Source: a virus (taxonomy: Duplodnaviria > Caudoviricetes). Taken from it: DNA of 50,294 nt. The DNA lies in IMG/VR virus record IMGVR_UViG_3300022927_002093, positions 1-50,294 of that record. One strand, given 5' to 3'. The translations under genes were made by a program, and so were the position numbers. The notes below the pieces were generated by a model that was given only the letters and a program-made list of their open reading frames with translations, had not been told where the DNA came from and did no database searches. The number at the start of each line of letters is the position of its first letter. The stretch's first letter is position 1. Shown here one piece after another: positions 8,387-17,585 of the stretch.

Positions 8387-10018
8387 TTAGTCCACACGGA
8401 AAACATAGTATTCAACACCGTCAATTCTAATGTCATATTCTACACCGTCATAATGTGATATATTATGACCAACACCATCCATATCTACAGCATCTTCAAT
8501 AACACCTTCTTTGTCTATAAAACTTTCTAAATCTAAGTCATATTCATGAATATAATTTTGTGGATTTCTACGAACATCATCTAAATAATAACTAACTTTT
8601 TCTTCTATCATTTCTTCTGTGGGTTCTCCCTCAGGGTTTTCTACTATCTCGTCTCTCTCTTCTTCCAACTCTTCTATTTTGTCATAAACCTCACCCCTTT
8701 CATCACTACTATATGGGTGTGAGTCTGTGTCTCTAGTCTTTCTATAAAGTTCTTCTATCTCTTGGTCTAACTCCTCATATCTTTTCTTTTGTTCATCCGA
8801 TAAAGGTAAATCTTCTGACTCGAAAACATCTTCCCATTCATCTCTTATATAATCATCATACCAAGATTCAAAATATCTCACAACCTCATCAACATCTAAA
8901 TGATTCATTAAGAAATCATCATTAAATGATTCTCTCAATCCCATATCATCAACTAATTCTGTAACTCTCATTTTAGCTAATCCATAAACATCATCCCATT
9001 CACCTACAATATATTCACTGTCAGTTTCATTCTCTCCCATCCATTTAAACGCCATAATTTCACCAGGATAAAATGATTCTGTTTCTGGTATTAAATTATA
9101 TACATCCTCATCTTCACCAATTTCATTTACTAACCACTCATTTCTTAATCCACTCATTACTGCATTGGCCTTTCTTCCTGTATCATCTAACTCATTGACT
9201 TCGGGATTCCATGCGTCTCTTTCTCTAATATCATCCATCTGTCTTAACAACCTTTCTCTCCTTATTCTCTCGTCTCTTTCTGCTCGTCTTTGTAATTCTT
9301 GTTTCGCTTTAATTTCGTCCTTAAATAGTTCAATATCATCAGCATATTTTGTTGACATATATCTTTGTATCACATTATTAATCTTATCAAATTCAGGTGT
9401 TCCTAAAATCCATCCTACTTTAAATGAATTATCAGGTGCATCATAGAAAATTTGTTTTCCGTCATATTTTTGTAACATAGCGACTTTATAGAACCTACTA
9501 CCTGATTTAGCTTTTTTATCTAAAAAATAAAATAATTTACCATCTCTATTGTAAGACATAAAGTGTGCATCGCTACTCTTAGCTGCGGTACACCATTTAC
9601 TACCCGCACCATAGTAACAACTAGCCTCATGTGTCTTTGGTATTATGACGGTGAACCTATCGTCTTCATATACGACATCTGCTCCCTCAATCTGTTTTAC
9701 GTCTCTCCTTACTTTGTTTTCGTGTTTTTCAATAGCATCTACAATATCCTTTAAAGACTCATATTGGTTAATATCTTTTATTTCTAAGTTTTTTTGAAAC
9801 TTTATAAATTTTTCAATTGCGATTTTGGCTTTAATTAAATCATCATTTAACGATTTTGGTGAAATAACTTTACCTAAAAAGTTTAAGAACTTCTGGTTGG
9901 ATGCGAGTTCTCTTGACAATAGAAATATTTTTTTAACATCTTCATCACTAAACTTATCTCTATATTTTGATAAGAATTCATCTTTCCTACCCTCTAACAA
10001 AACTTTACTAAGATTCAT
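8387..10018 (-). CDS. Phage protein with ASCYYG..SKWCT domain and long acidic C-terminus
   Basis: 543 aa; shares a domain with 19611..20942; TATTTAT at 10036-10042. Confidence 0.8.
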   Translation of the reverse strand: MNLSKVLLEGRKDEFLSKYRDKFSDEDVKKIFLLSRELASNQKFLNFLGKVISPKSLNDDLIKAKIAIEKFIKFQKNLEIKDINQYESLKDIVDAIEKHENKVRRDVKQIEGADVVYEDDRFTVIIPKTHEASCYYGAGSKWCTAAKSSDAHFMSYNRDGKLFYFLDKKAKSGSRFYKVAMLQKYDGKQIFYDAPDNSFKVGWILGTPEFDKINNVIQRYMSTKYADDIELFKDEIKAKQELQRRAERDERIRRERLLRQMDDIRERDAWNPEVNELDDTGRKANAVMSGLRNEWLVNEIGEDEDVYNLIPETESFYPGEIMAFKWMGENETDSEYIVGEWDDVYGLAKMRVTELVDDMGLRESFNDDFLMNHLDVDEVVRYFESWYDDYIRDEWEDVFESEDLPLSDEQKKRYEELDQEIEELYRKTRDTDSHPYSSDERGEVYDKIEELEEERDEIVENPEGEPTEEMIEEKVSYYLDDVRRNPQNYIHEYDLDLESFIDKEGVIEDAVDMDGVGHNISHYDGVEYDIRIDGVEYYVFRVD

Positions 10019-10118
10019 ATTGTTCTACTTTTATGATAAATATTAAAGATTATAGAAATAATCTACTCGTGGACTATTTATATAATGAATAATAAACCTA
10101 TCTAAAAAAATATCAATC

Positions 10119-10250
10119 ATGGGATGTGGATGTAAAAAGAAGGCTCAGCAAGCTCAACAAGCGGCTCAGACTCAATCACAAACAAATACTCAAGCAGTAC
10201 AAGAAGCCGTAACCAAAACTGTTGAGAAATACTACAAGAAAAAACAGTAA
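10119..10250 (+). CDS. 43 aa MGCGCKKK microprotein; absent from ORF track
   Basis: Manual translation; TATTTAT at 10075-10081, A-rich leader, terminator downstream. Confidence 0.7.
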   Translation: MGCGCKKKAQQAQQAAQTQSQTNTQAVQEAVTKTVEKYYKKKQ

Positions 10251-10275
10251 TACTTATTTTTTTAAGTTATCCAAT

Positions 10276-10302
10276 AAAAGAGTCTTTTAAGACTCTTTTT
10301 TT
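10276..10302 (+). terminator. Intrinsic terminator
   Basis: AAAAGAGTCTT-TT-AAGACTCTTTT followed by a T-tract. Confidence 0.75.
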
Positions 10303-10348
10303 GTTTATTGTATATTTTTTTACACCTATAATTTAAAAAAATATTAAT

Positions 10349-11176
10349 ATGGAAAGTGAGTTATATGGTACAAATTTGTGTAATCTTTTAGTAAACGAAA
10401 TAATAAAAGAGTTTAATATTATTGATAAAGGTCATATTAGTAATTTAGTTCTATGTGATTTATCTCAATTCATTGTTTTAAGAGGTGATACGACTATTCA
10501 AAATCCTTTAAATTACTCTAAACTATTTAAAACTTTTTTAGATGAGCTATGTGAGGTAGATAAGAATTTCAATGTTATAGATTTAATTACATACAATTCA
10601 AAACCTGATAATGAACTTATAGATATTAATATCTCATTCAATCAGGATTTAACGAGTCTTCCTATAATTGATGTGTTCCCTTTAATCGGGTATTATGAAT
10701 TTAAACATAATAACTCAGTAATAAAACACAGTAACTATAAAATTTATGACCGTTTAGTGGAAATACCTGAGTTTAAGGATTACCACGGAATATTAACTAA
10801 ATCATATAAACCTAGTTTTTCTGATGATTATTTTGGTAGAAATCTAATGAGTTCTAAATCATATGTGTTATATCTAAAATACATTGCATATAATTTATTC
10901 GAAAAACAAATTTGTAAGGATATTAATTTTAATCTTTTTTATAGTGGCGATATAAATAATTTGAATTGGGAAACCATGTCTTTTGAAATTAAAAGTGAAA
11001 GTAATATAGCTAATATTGAATGGATTAAATCTTTGATATTAGACTTATTTGATTTTAATTATTCTCACGTAAAAAAACACTTATCTTTAGAGGATTATGA
11101 TTTTAACATGGAAATCCTTTCTAAAGATAAGTGTTGGATGAAAAGAGATAAAACTTCAGAAATGATATTATTCTGA
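10349..11176 (+). CDS. Degenerate S-adenosylmethionine synthetase (MetK)-like protein
   Basis: LCNLLVNEII, FIVLRGDTT, YLKYIAYNL and LFDFNYSHVKKHLSL parallel MetK structural segments in order; catalytic motifs absent. Confidence 0.5.
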   Translation: MESELYGTNLCNLLVNEIIKEFNIIDKGHISNLVLCDLSQFIVLRGDTTIQNPLNYSKLFKTFLDELCEVDKNFNVIDLITYNSKPDNELIDINISFNQDLTSLPIIDVFPLIGYYEFKHNNSVIKHSNYKIYDRLVEIPEFKDYHGILTKSYKPSFSDDYFGRNLMSSKSYVLYLKYIAYNLFEKQICKDINFNLFYSGDINNLNWETMSFEIKSESNIANIEWIKSLILDLFDFNYSHVKKHLSLEDYDFNMEILSKDKCWMKRDKTSEMILF

Positions 11177-11455
11177 TAAAAACCCTTTGATTTTTTTTGC
11201 AGCTTCTTCAACAGTATTAAACTGTTCGTCAGGTACGTTTAGAATTATATCGTGTTTTCCATCATCTTTAGTTTCTACCAAAGTAAACGCCGGTAAAAAC
11301 TCACTACCTGTGGCTTCAACAAATTGTTTATACTCCTCCTCGTGGTCATCAATATTCCTTATGTCAACATCAATATCTTCCTCATATATAATCTTTTTTA
11401 AATTATCACAATGAGGACATCCGTTCATGGTATATAGAATAGCAAACTTCATCAC
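11168..11455 (-). CDS. Glutaredoxin-like protein
   Basis: LYTMNGCPHC. Confidence 0.85.
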   Translation of the reverse strand: MMKFAILYTMNGCPHCDNLKKIIYEEDIDVDIRNIDDHEEEYKQFVEATGSEFLPAFTLVETKDDGKHDIILNVPDEQFNTVEEAAKKIKGFLSE

Positions 11456-11769
11456 AATACTTCTTTTACCATATCAAGTAACTGTGCTTCAGTTATTACT
11501 CCTATTTTATTTGTTACATTTTCACCCCCATTAAAACCTTTAATTGCCGGTATTGAACGTACCCCTAAACTAACAGCCATTTCCTTGTTTTGTTCTATGT
11601 CAAATTTATATACGTTAACTTCACTACCTTCTTCTTTGAGTTGTTTAGCGACCTTTTCCACTATCGGGCCAATCATCCTACATGGTCCACACCAATCCGC
11701 GTACAAGTCTACTATAAACTTTTCTCCGCTGTCAATTTTTTGTTGTAATTCTTCAGTTGTTAATTTCAT
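11452..11769 (-). CDS. trxA: Thioredoxin
   Basis: WCGPC, GVRSIP. Confidence 0.92.
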   Translation of the reverse strand: MKLTTEELQQKIDSGEKFIVDLYADWCGPCRMIGPIVEKVAKQLKEEGSEVNVYKFDIEQNKEMAVSLGVRSIPAIKGFNGGENVTNKIGVITEAQLLDMVKEVL

Positions 11770-12116
11770 GATATTGTTTTATATTTCTTAAATTTATTTA
11801 AGTAAAATATTATACTGTCTGTTGAGTCTTCTTTAGACAAACAGAATAATTTATATATATTTTCATCTATTTTTTTTACGAAATAAAAAAGTATTTTATT
11901 ATCAAATTCTATTAATCCGTTATTATAAATAGTGGTTAGTCCATTGTAGTATTTATTGGACCATATTATTTTATTTGTTTTAAGTATTGATTGTAATAAT
12001 TCTACGGTGTAAAAGTCCGTCTCAAGTATAGATGGTTTAAAACCGATAATGTCCTCCGACAATTTTAATACATCGTCGGGGACACTATCGTAAACTTTAT
12101 TGTTTTCTGTATTCAA
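11766..12116 (-). CDS. Hypothetical protein
   Basis: 116 aa ORF (TTG start) with 4-nt overlaps on both sides. Confidence 0.65.
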   Translation of the reverse strand: MNTENNKVYDSVPDDVLKLSEDIIGFKPSILETDFYTVELLQSILKTNKIIWSNKYYNGLTTIYNNGLIEFDNKILFYFVKKIDENIYKLFCLSKEDSTDSIIFYLNKFKKYKTIS

Positions 12117-13195
12117 CCTAACGAAAGTTCTTCTTCAACTTCATGTGATTGCACTTCATTGTTCTTAGCTAAATCAATAGTATCACTAATCACTTTAGTT
12201 ATTTTATATGGGTCTCCGTTAGACGCTGGTCTTCTATCTTCTAAGTACCCTTTCCACGTTTTAGAGGTCTCAAGAGGGACTCTAATTGAAGCTCCCCTAT
12301 CTGATACACCCCAACTGAATTTAGTGATGTTTTGGGTCTCATGTAGACCCGTTAATCTTAGTTCGTTATTAGAACCATAGTTTTCTATATGTTCTAAGTG
12401 ACGAGTCTCAAAAGCTTCAAAAATATTTTCATAATATTCTTTGTCACCATCTTCTCTCATTCTAACATCTGAAAAATTACAGTGTAGACCTGAACCATTC
12501 CAATCACCTAATACTGGTTTTGGATGGAATTCAATATGATAATCATATTCTTCAGACATTTGTTGTAGAATATATCTTGATATCCACAAATCATCACCTG
12601 CTTTAATCTTACCTTTACTGAAAACTTGGTATTCCCATTGTCCTAGCATCACCTCAGCATTAGTACCGGTAACTTCAATACCAGCCATTAAACAATTTTC
12701 CAAATGTGAGTCAACAAAGTTTCTTCCACTAACTTGTGATTTACCAACACCACAATAATATTTACCTTGTGGTTCAGGGAATCCGTCTTTAGGGAATCCA
12801 ACTGGTTTACCGTCCTTCATAAGTGTGTATTCTTGTTCAAAACCAAACCATAGATTTTCATCTTCATTAGTAATTAAACCTCTAGTATTACTTTCGTGTG
12901 GTGTTCCATCTGCATTCATGACTTCACACATTACCAAGTAACTATCCAACATACCTTTGTTTAACGGATTGGGGTATATTGATACCGGTTTGAGTACACA
13001 GTCGGAAAAGTGTCCTTTAGCTTGTTGTGTTGATGAGCCGTCAAATGACCATTCTGGGCAATCTATTAAACCAACTCCATGTACTTTTTTCCCATTTACT
13101 TCATGGGTTGGTGAGTTAATAATTTTTACCTTACTTCTAAGGTTTGGTTCGGGTTCATATCCATCTAACCAAATATACTCTAATTTAATTCTCAT
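12113..13195 (-). CDS. glnII: Glutamine synthetase type II
   Basis: EYIWLDG, WSFDGSST, WFGFEQEY, GQWEYQ, DWNGSGLH, RLTGLHET, EDRRPASN. Confidence 0.93.
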   Translation of the reverse strand: MRIKLEYIWLDGYEPEPNLRSKVKIINSPTHEVNGKKVHGVGLIDCPEWSFDGSSTQQAKGHFSDCVLKPVSIYPNPLNKGMLDSYLVMCEVMNADGTPHESNTRGLITNEDENLWFGFEQEYTLMKDGKPVGFPKDGFPEPQGKYYCGVGKSQVSGRNFVDSHLENCLMAGIEVTGTNAEVMLGQWEYQVFSKGKIKAGDDLWISRYILQQMSEEYDYHIEFHPKPVLGDWNGSGLHCNFSDVRMREDGDKEYYENIFEAFETRHLEHIENYGSNNELRLTGLHETQNITKFSWGVSDRGASIRVPLETSKTWKGYLEDRRPASNGDPYKITKVISDTIDLAKNNEVQSHEVEEELSLG

Positions 13196-13241
13196 GTTTT
13201 TTTTTAAAAAAAATATTAATATTAAGTGAGTAAGTCAACTT

Positions 13242-13781
13242 TTAATTGTTACAATATTTCTTACCTCCTTTAATATATATTGTACCATAAGGTAAACTTT
13301 CAATATTTATTAACTCCCTACCATTCATATCATATATTTTACTGTTTGAGGTTTCGTACAGATTGTTAATTTCTTCGATACTAACAGTCTCGTTAACTTC
13401 ATTTAACTCGATACCGTCCCAAACCATATTTACACAACTAACAGGACAGGTATGGAACAAAATATTTGGGTAATCAGCATAGATTAATGTATAGTGACAA
13501 ATATTAAAGATTTCATTTTTATTTACATTAAAAATAACACTATCATTTGGGTAAGTGAAACATGTGTCAGTATTATTATAGGGTCCATTGTTAATATTAA
13601 AAACGAATGTTGTTGTATCTGTTGCATTTTCCATATTTACAGTATTATAACCTTTTAAAACTAATTGGTTATCCATAATTTCATACGTGGTGGATACTTG
13701 GCTACACCAAAAAGATACTTGTGAAAATGTTTTGGGTGTAACTACTAATAATAGTAGAAGTGTTAAAATGTTGTTTTTCAA
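13242..13781 (-). CDS. Secreted protein with T9SS C-terminal-domain-like tail
   Basis: Signal peptide ending FSQ; C-terminus IYDMNGREL...GTIYIKGGKKY. Confidence 0.6.
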   Translation of the reverse strand: MKNNILTLLLLLVVTPKTFSQVSFWCSQVSTTYEIMDNQLVLKGYNTVNMENATDTTTFVFNINNGPYNNTDTCFTYPNDSVIFNVNKNEIFNICHYTLIYADYPNILFHTCPVSCVNMVWDGIELNEVNETVSIEEINNLYETSNSKIYDMNGRELINIESLPYGTIYIKGGKKYCNN

Positions 13782-13806
13782 TGTATTAATTTTTTCATAA
13801 TTTCTA

Positions 13807-13846
13807 CAAATATAAAAAAAGGGATTCGAAAAAACGAATCCCTTTC
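13807..13846 (-). terminator. Terminator after the TonB receptor, overlapping a TATATTTG promoter element
   Basis: AAAGGGATTCG-N6-CGAATCCCTTT plus U-tract, immediately followed by TATATTTG (13807-13814). Confidence 0.8.
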
Positions 13847-13868
13847 TTACTTTTTTTATATAATTAAC

Positions 13869-16646
13869 TTAGAATGTGTACTTTAAAGTCGCATTCCATG
13901 TTCTTCCAAATCCGAACCAAACAAAGTTACGTGAGTCAACACCGTTCCATGTGTACTCAGTATTTTCATCTGTGTGAATGTTTGTGTTAGACTCTGCAAT
14001 GTATGTTGTGTTCAACAAGTTATTACAGTTAACTCTGAATGTTGCATTGTTACCCAACAAATCGAATCTTGTTGTAAGACCTAAGTCTGCCAATCCGTAT
14101 GATGGTAACTTCAACGCTCCTAGGTTATCTTCAGACAAGAATGATGAACTGTTGATTGAGTAGTCCGCATAAAGACCATCAACATATCTATATCCCAAGT
14201 CTACATTTACACCTTTAGTTACACGGTAATCCAAACCTAAGTTTGCAGTTACCTGAGCAGCGTCACCAACTTTAGCACCCTCAGTATAGAGAGTGAACTG
14301 TTGTCCTTCAACAGGGTTGTTTTGGTCATCAAATACCTCCGCTTCGAAGTTATCTGTGTATCTCCAATCACCCAATGAAACCATACCTGTAACGGTGAGG
14401 TCTGAAGTTGGTCTGTACTTAGTTTCGAGTTCAAGACCTCTGTGTACTACGTTAATACCACTGAACTGTGCTGTACCATCAACAGTTGTTGAATCGTTTA
14501 CAACAACAGGTACACCTCTTGATATGAATCTGTTACCCCAATTTGTGTTGTATGCATTAACATTAACCGTCAAGTCATCTGTTGTATATCCGTAACCCAA
14601 CTCCAAAGACATGATTTCTTCGTTCTCAAGGTCTTCATTGATATTGTTTGCATATCCTGGGAATACCGCATCGAATAATGGTTGACGTGAGATTAAACCT
14701 GCGTTTGCGAACACGTTTGACTTCTCGTCGATGTTGTAGTTAGCACCACCTTTAACGTATCCACCCATTAGGTTAGATGTTTCAGAAATTGAATTACCTG
14801 GTTGGTCGAAGTAATCTTCTCTTGAATAAGCTTGGTTTGAAACTCCAGCTTGAAGAACTGCAGTTAATTGGTCATTGTCGTTATATTCAACAAGACCGTT
14901 AACTCCTACCCATCCGACATTACCTACGTTGTAGTAGTCAATCTTAGGACCTGTTAGTCCTGTGTTGTTGAATGGACTTGCTTCGATAGTAGTTTCTACA
15001 ATCTGTCCCCCGTTAGAATTTCTATTACCACCTGAGTAGTATGCATCAAAACCCATAAGGTTGTTCAACGCTCTGTAGTGATATCCCTTATACTTACGAA
15101 GGTCTAAACCAACAGATGCTGTCCACTTATCTTTATTGTAAGTTAAGTTAGAAATCGCACCAACCCAGTTGTGTGAGTTCATAGATGCTCTACGAATCAT
15201 ACCACCACCTGTGTAAATAGTTCCTGATGTGTCTGCGTCAATACCCCATTGGTTTGAACCGATGAGAGCACCTTCGTAGTTTCCGTTTACACTACCATCG
15301 TGTGGTGTTGCACCTGCTTGGTTATCATCAACAACTGCGTCGAAGTTAACAGTACCATCAGAGTTACGGAATTGGGTCAAACTATCCTCATACATGAATG
15401 AGTATAAGTCTTGTTGGTAAGGGTGGACATCATAGTTTCTACCACGAGGACCTGTTCCTCCACCACGACCTGCAGAACCGTAGACAGATGTATTCAATGT
15501 TAAGTTTTCATTGATATCCCAATCCCAGTTGAAAGTTGCGAGTGGTTTGTTGTAGAAGTTTCTTCTCATAGAGAATTCTTCACCGTCCAATGTACCTCCG
15601 TTAGAGTTCCATGTAACATCGAGTTCACCATCGTCAAGTACCTGACCTCCGTCACCGAAGTAGTCGTAGTCACGAATAGAAAGCCATACGTCTCTTTGGT
15701 GGTGCCATTGTCCTGCACCCATAACAGACAAGTTCAACGCGTGTTTGGAATCATCAGGTGCATATCCAACAGCACCGAAGTAGTTCCATCCCTCACCACT
15801 TGTGTTATCAATGTAACCGTTACCGGCCCACTTACTCAACAAGAATGAAGACGCCCATCCGTTTTCATTTTTACCTGTGTTATAGTTAACAGTTGTTTTG
15901 TTGTATCCATTGTTACCAATAGTCTCAGATACAGAACCTCCTTGTTCTTTTTCTGCCGCCTTAGTAGAAATAGAAACGGTACCACCAACAGATGGAACCG
16001 CCAAACGTGAAGAACCCAAACCTCTTTGGATTTGAATACCTGAAGCAACGTCAGTAAGACCTTGCCAATTGGACCAGTAAACCCATCCATTCTCCATATC
16101 GTTAACGGGTTGACCGTTGATAAGGAAAGATGTGTTACGTTGGTCAAAACCTCTTAGAGAGAGTCTGGAGTCTCCGTAACCACCGCCCTGTTTTGTAGCA
16201 TAGACACCAGGTGTTCTATTCATAATTTCAGGGAATTCTTGGTTACCTGTCTTCAATGCAATCTCAGCAGGTCCAATAGTTGATACCGCAACAGGTGTTT
16301 CCCTCACTTTCGCAAAGTCAACAACGTTAACGATAACCGCAGCTTCGTCAAGACCAAGTGCTGTCGTAGTCATTGATATGGTTCCCATATCATTTTGTGC
16401 AGGTATAGTTAGTGTTTCGTAACCCAAGAAACTAACAACAACGTTACCTGTAGCCTCTTCGTCAAGAGTAAATTCGCCTGATACGTTAGTTGATGTTCCT
16501 CGTGTGTTACCTTCAAGATAGACACTAGCCCCAATAAGCTCATTGCCTGTCTTTGAATCCACGACTTTACCTGTAATTTGAGCTGATAGTGTCAATGTTG
16601 ATACCATCATCGCTCCGAAAATAAACAATCGATTAATTAATTTCAT
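13869..16646 (-). CDS. TonB-dependent receptor (Bacteroidota type, with carboxypeptidase-regulatory-like N-terminal domain)
   Basis: Signal peptide, ITGKVVD..LIGASV, plug LRGFDQRN..LINGQPVND, C-terminal GRTWNATLKYTF. Confidence 0.93.
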   Translation of the reverse strand: MKLINRLFIFGAMMVSTLTLSAQITGKVVDSKTGNELIGASVYLEGNTRGTSTNVSGEFTLDEEATGNVVVSFLGYETLTIPAQNDMGTISMTTTALGLDEAAVIVNVVDFAKVRETPVAVSTIGPAEIALKTGNQEFPEIMNRTPGVYATKQGGGYGDSRLSLRGFDQRNTSFLINGQPVNDMENGWVYWSNWQGLTDVASGIQIQRGLGSSRLAVPSVGGTVSISTKAAEKEQGGSVSETIGNNGYNKTTVNYNTGKNENGWASSFLLSKWAGNGYIDNTSGEGWNYFGAVGYAPDDSKHALNLSVMGAGQWHHQRDVWLSIRDYDYFGDGGQVLDDGELDVTWNSNGGTLDGEEFSMRRNFYNKPLATFNWDWDINENLTLNTSVYGSAGRGGGTGPRGRNYDVHPYQQDLYSFMYEDSLTQFRNSDGTVNFDAVVDDNQAGATPHDGSVNGNYEGALIGSNQWGIDADTSGTIYTGGGMIRRASMNSHNWVGAISNLTYNKDKWTASVGLDLRKYKGYHYRALNNLMGFDAYYSGGNRNSNGGQIVETTIEASPFNNTGLTGPKIDYYNVGNVGWVGVNGLVEYNDNDQLTAVLQAGVSNQAYSREDYFDQPGNSISETSNLMGGYVKGGANYNIDEKSNVFANAGLISRQPLFDAVFPGYANNINEDLENEEIMSLELGYGYTTDDLTVNVNAYNTNWGNRFISRGVPVVVNDSTTVDGTAQFSGINVVHRGLELETKYRPTSDLTVTGMVSLGDWRYTDNFEAEVFDDQNNPVEGQQFTLYTEGAKVGDAAQVTANLGLDYRVTKGVNVDLGYRYVDGLYADYSINSSSFLSEDNLGALKLPSYGLADLGLTTRFDLLGNNATFRVNCNNLLNTTYIAESNTNIHTDENTEYTWNGVDSRNFVWFGFGRTWNATLKYTF

Positions 16647-16685
16647 TTAGTTTTTTTTTAAGTGTTTATTGGTTGTTTATATAAT

Positions 16686-16716
16686 AAAAAACCACCCCCA
16701 CTCTGAGGATGGTCTA
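16686..16716 (-). terminator. Intrinsic terminator
   Basis: ACCAUCCUCA-GAG-UGGGGGUGGU (G-U pairs) plus U-tract. Confidence 0.7.
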
Positions 16717-16725
16717 GTATTCCAT

Positions 16726-17322
16726 TTATGTAGTGGTTTCGGTTTTAGTCTCCGTAAATACGAAGGGGTTTCCGTCACCGTTATTAATATGAGTATATCC
16801 TACTTCTATAACTCCATCTTGTGTTTGGCCAACTTCATCATAGAGGTTCATCATAGCATCTTCATACTCATCTTCATTTTCCATTTCATCCTCATCGGGA
16901 TATTCAAAGTCACTATCCTCATCCATGAAGATTTGATTTTTATAAACTAAGATACCACCAACAGGGTCATAACCTTCATCTTCAAATCTGTTCTCAACCG
17001 CAACTTCGGGGTCAAGTTCTACAAGTAGATTGTAAAGGTGCATTGTGAATTCTTTAACTGGGTACCATGCAGATGTTACTTTAATTTCGTTATCATCTAT
17101 GGTGTGTTCAAAATAGGCCCATTTTGACCCTATGTTTTCTCCAGCCCATGAATTCATTGTTCCACCACCTTCGCCAAGTTCTGGTGTTTTGTAGAATGTT
17201 TTAGCGAAACCGCCGGTGTCGGCGTAATCTAACTCTTCAAGAGTCTGAATATACTCATTCATACGCTCTTGTACTTTTTCATTTCCAACAACTCTAATGT
17301 TGTTACTTACGTGATTTGCCAT
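16726..17322 (-). CDS. DUF1281/YubB ferredoxin-like domain protein
   Basis: MANHVSN, ENIGSKW, TSAWYP, FEDEG. Confidence 0.65.
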   Translation of the reverse strand: MANHVSNNIRVVGNEKVQERMNEYIQTLEELDYADTGGFAKTFYKTPELGEGGGTMNSWAGENIGSKWAYFEHTIDDNEIKVTSAWYPVKEFTMHLYNLLVELDPEVAVENRFEDEGYDPVGGILVYKNQIFMDEDSDFEYPDEDEMENEDEYEDAMMNLYDEVGQTQDGVIEVGYTHINNGDGNPFVFTETKTETTT

Positions 17323-17393
17323 GTTTGTAATTTTAAACTCACTAAGAATAATTAAACTTAACGATAAGAAAAGTCTTAGTGTGTAATTTTTTA

Positions 17394-17525
17394 TTATCGA
17401 CCTTGTCCTCGATAACCTTTTTTATAATTTCTAGAATTTTTGTTTTTTGAAGTTTTTGTCTTAGCGTGTACACCAGGACGATTTACTTTGTTTTTCTCCT
17501 CGTAAGAGCCAGCCATTTTTGCCAT
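17394..17525 (-). CDS. 43 aa basic microprotein ending YRGQGR; absent from ORF track
   Basis: Manual translation MAKMAGSYEEKNKVNRPGVHAKTKTSKNKNSRNYKKGYRGQGR; promoter upstream. Confidence 0.75.
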   Translation of the reverse strand: MAKMAGSYEEKNKVNRPGVHAKTKTSKNKNSRNYKKGYRGQGR

Positions 17526-17553
17526 TTTTTTTATTTTAAAAAGTTTTACAACA

Positions 17554-17585
17554 CAAATATATAATAAAATTTTCTAAAAATCAAA
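17554..17585 (-). promoter_or_regulatory. Bacteroidota sigmaA-type promoter
   Basis: TTTG-N20-TATATTTG. Confidence 0.75.
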
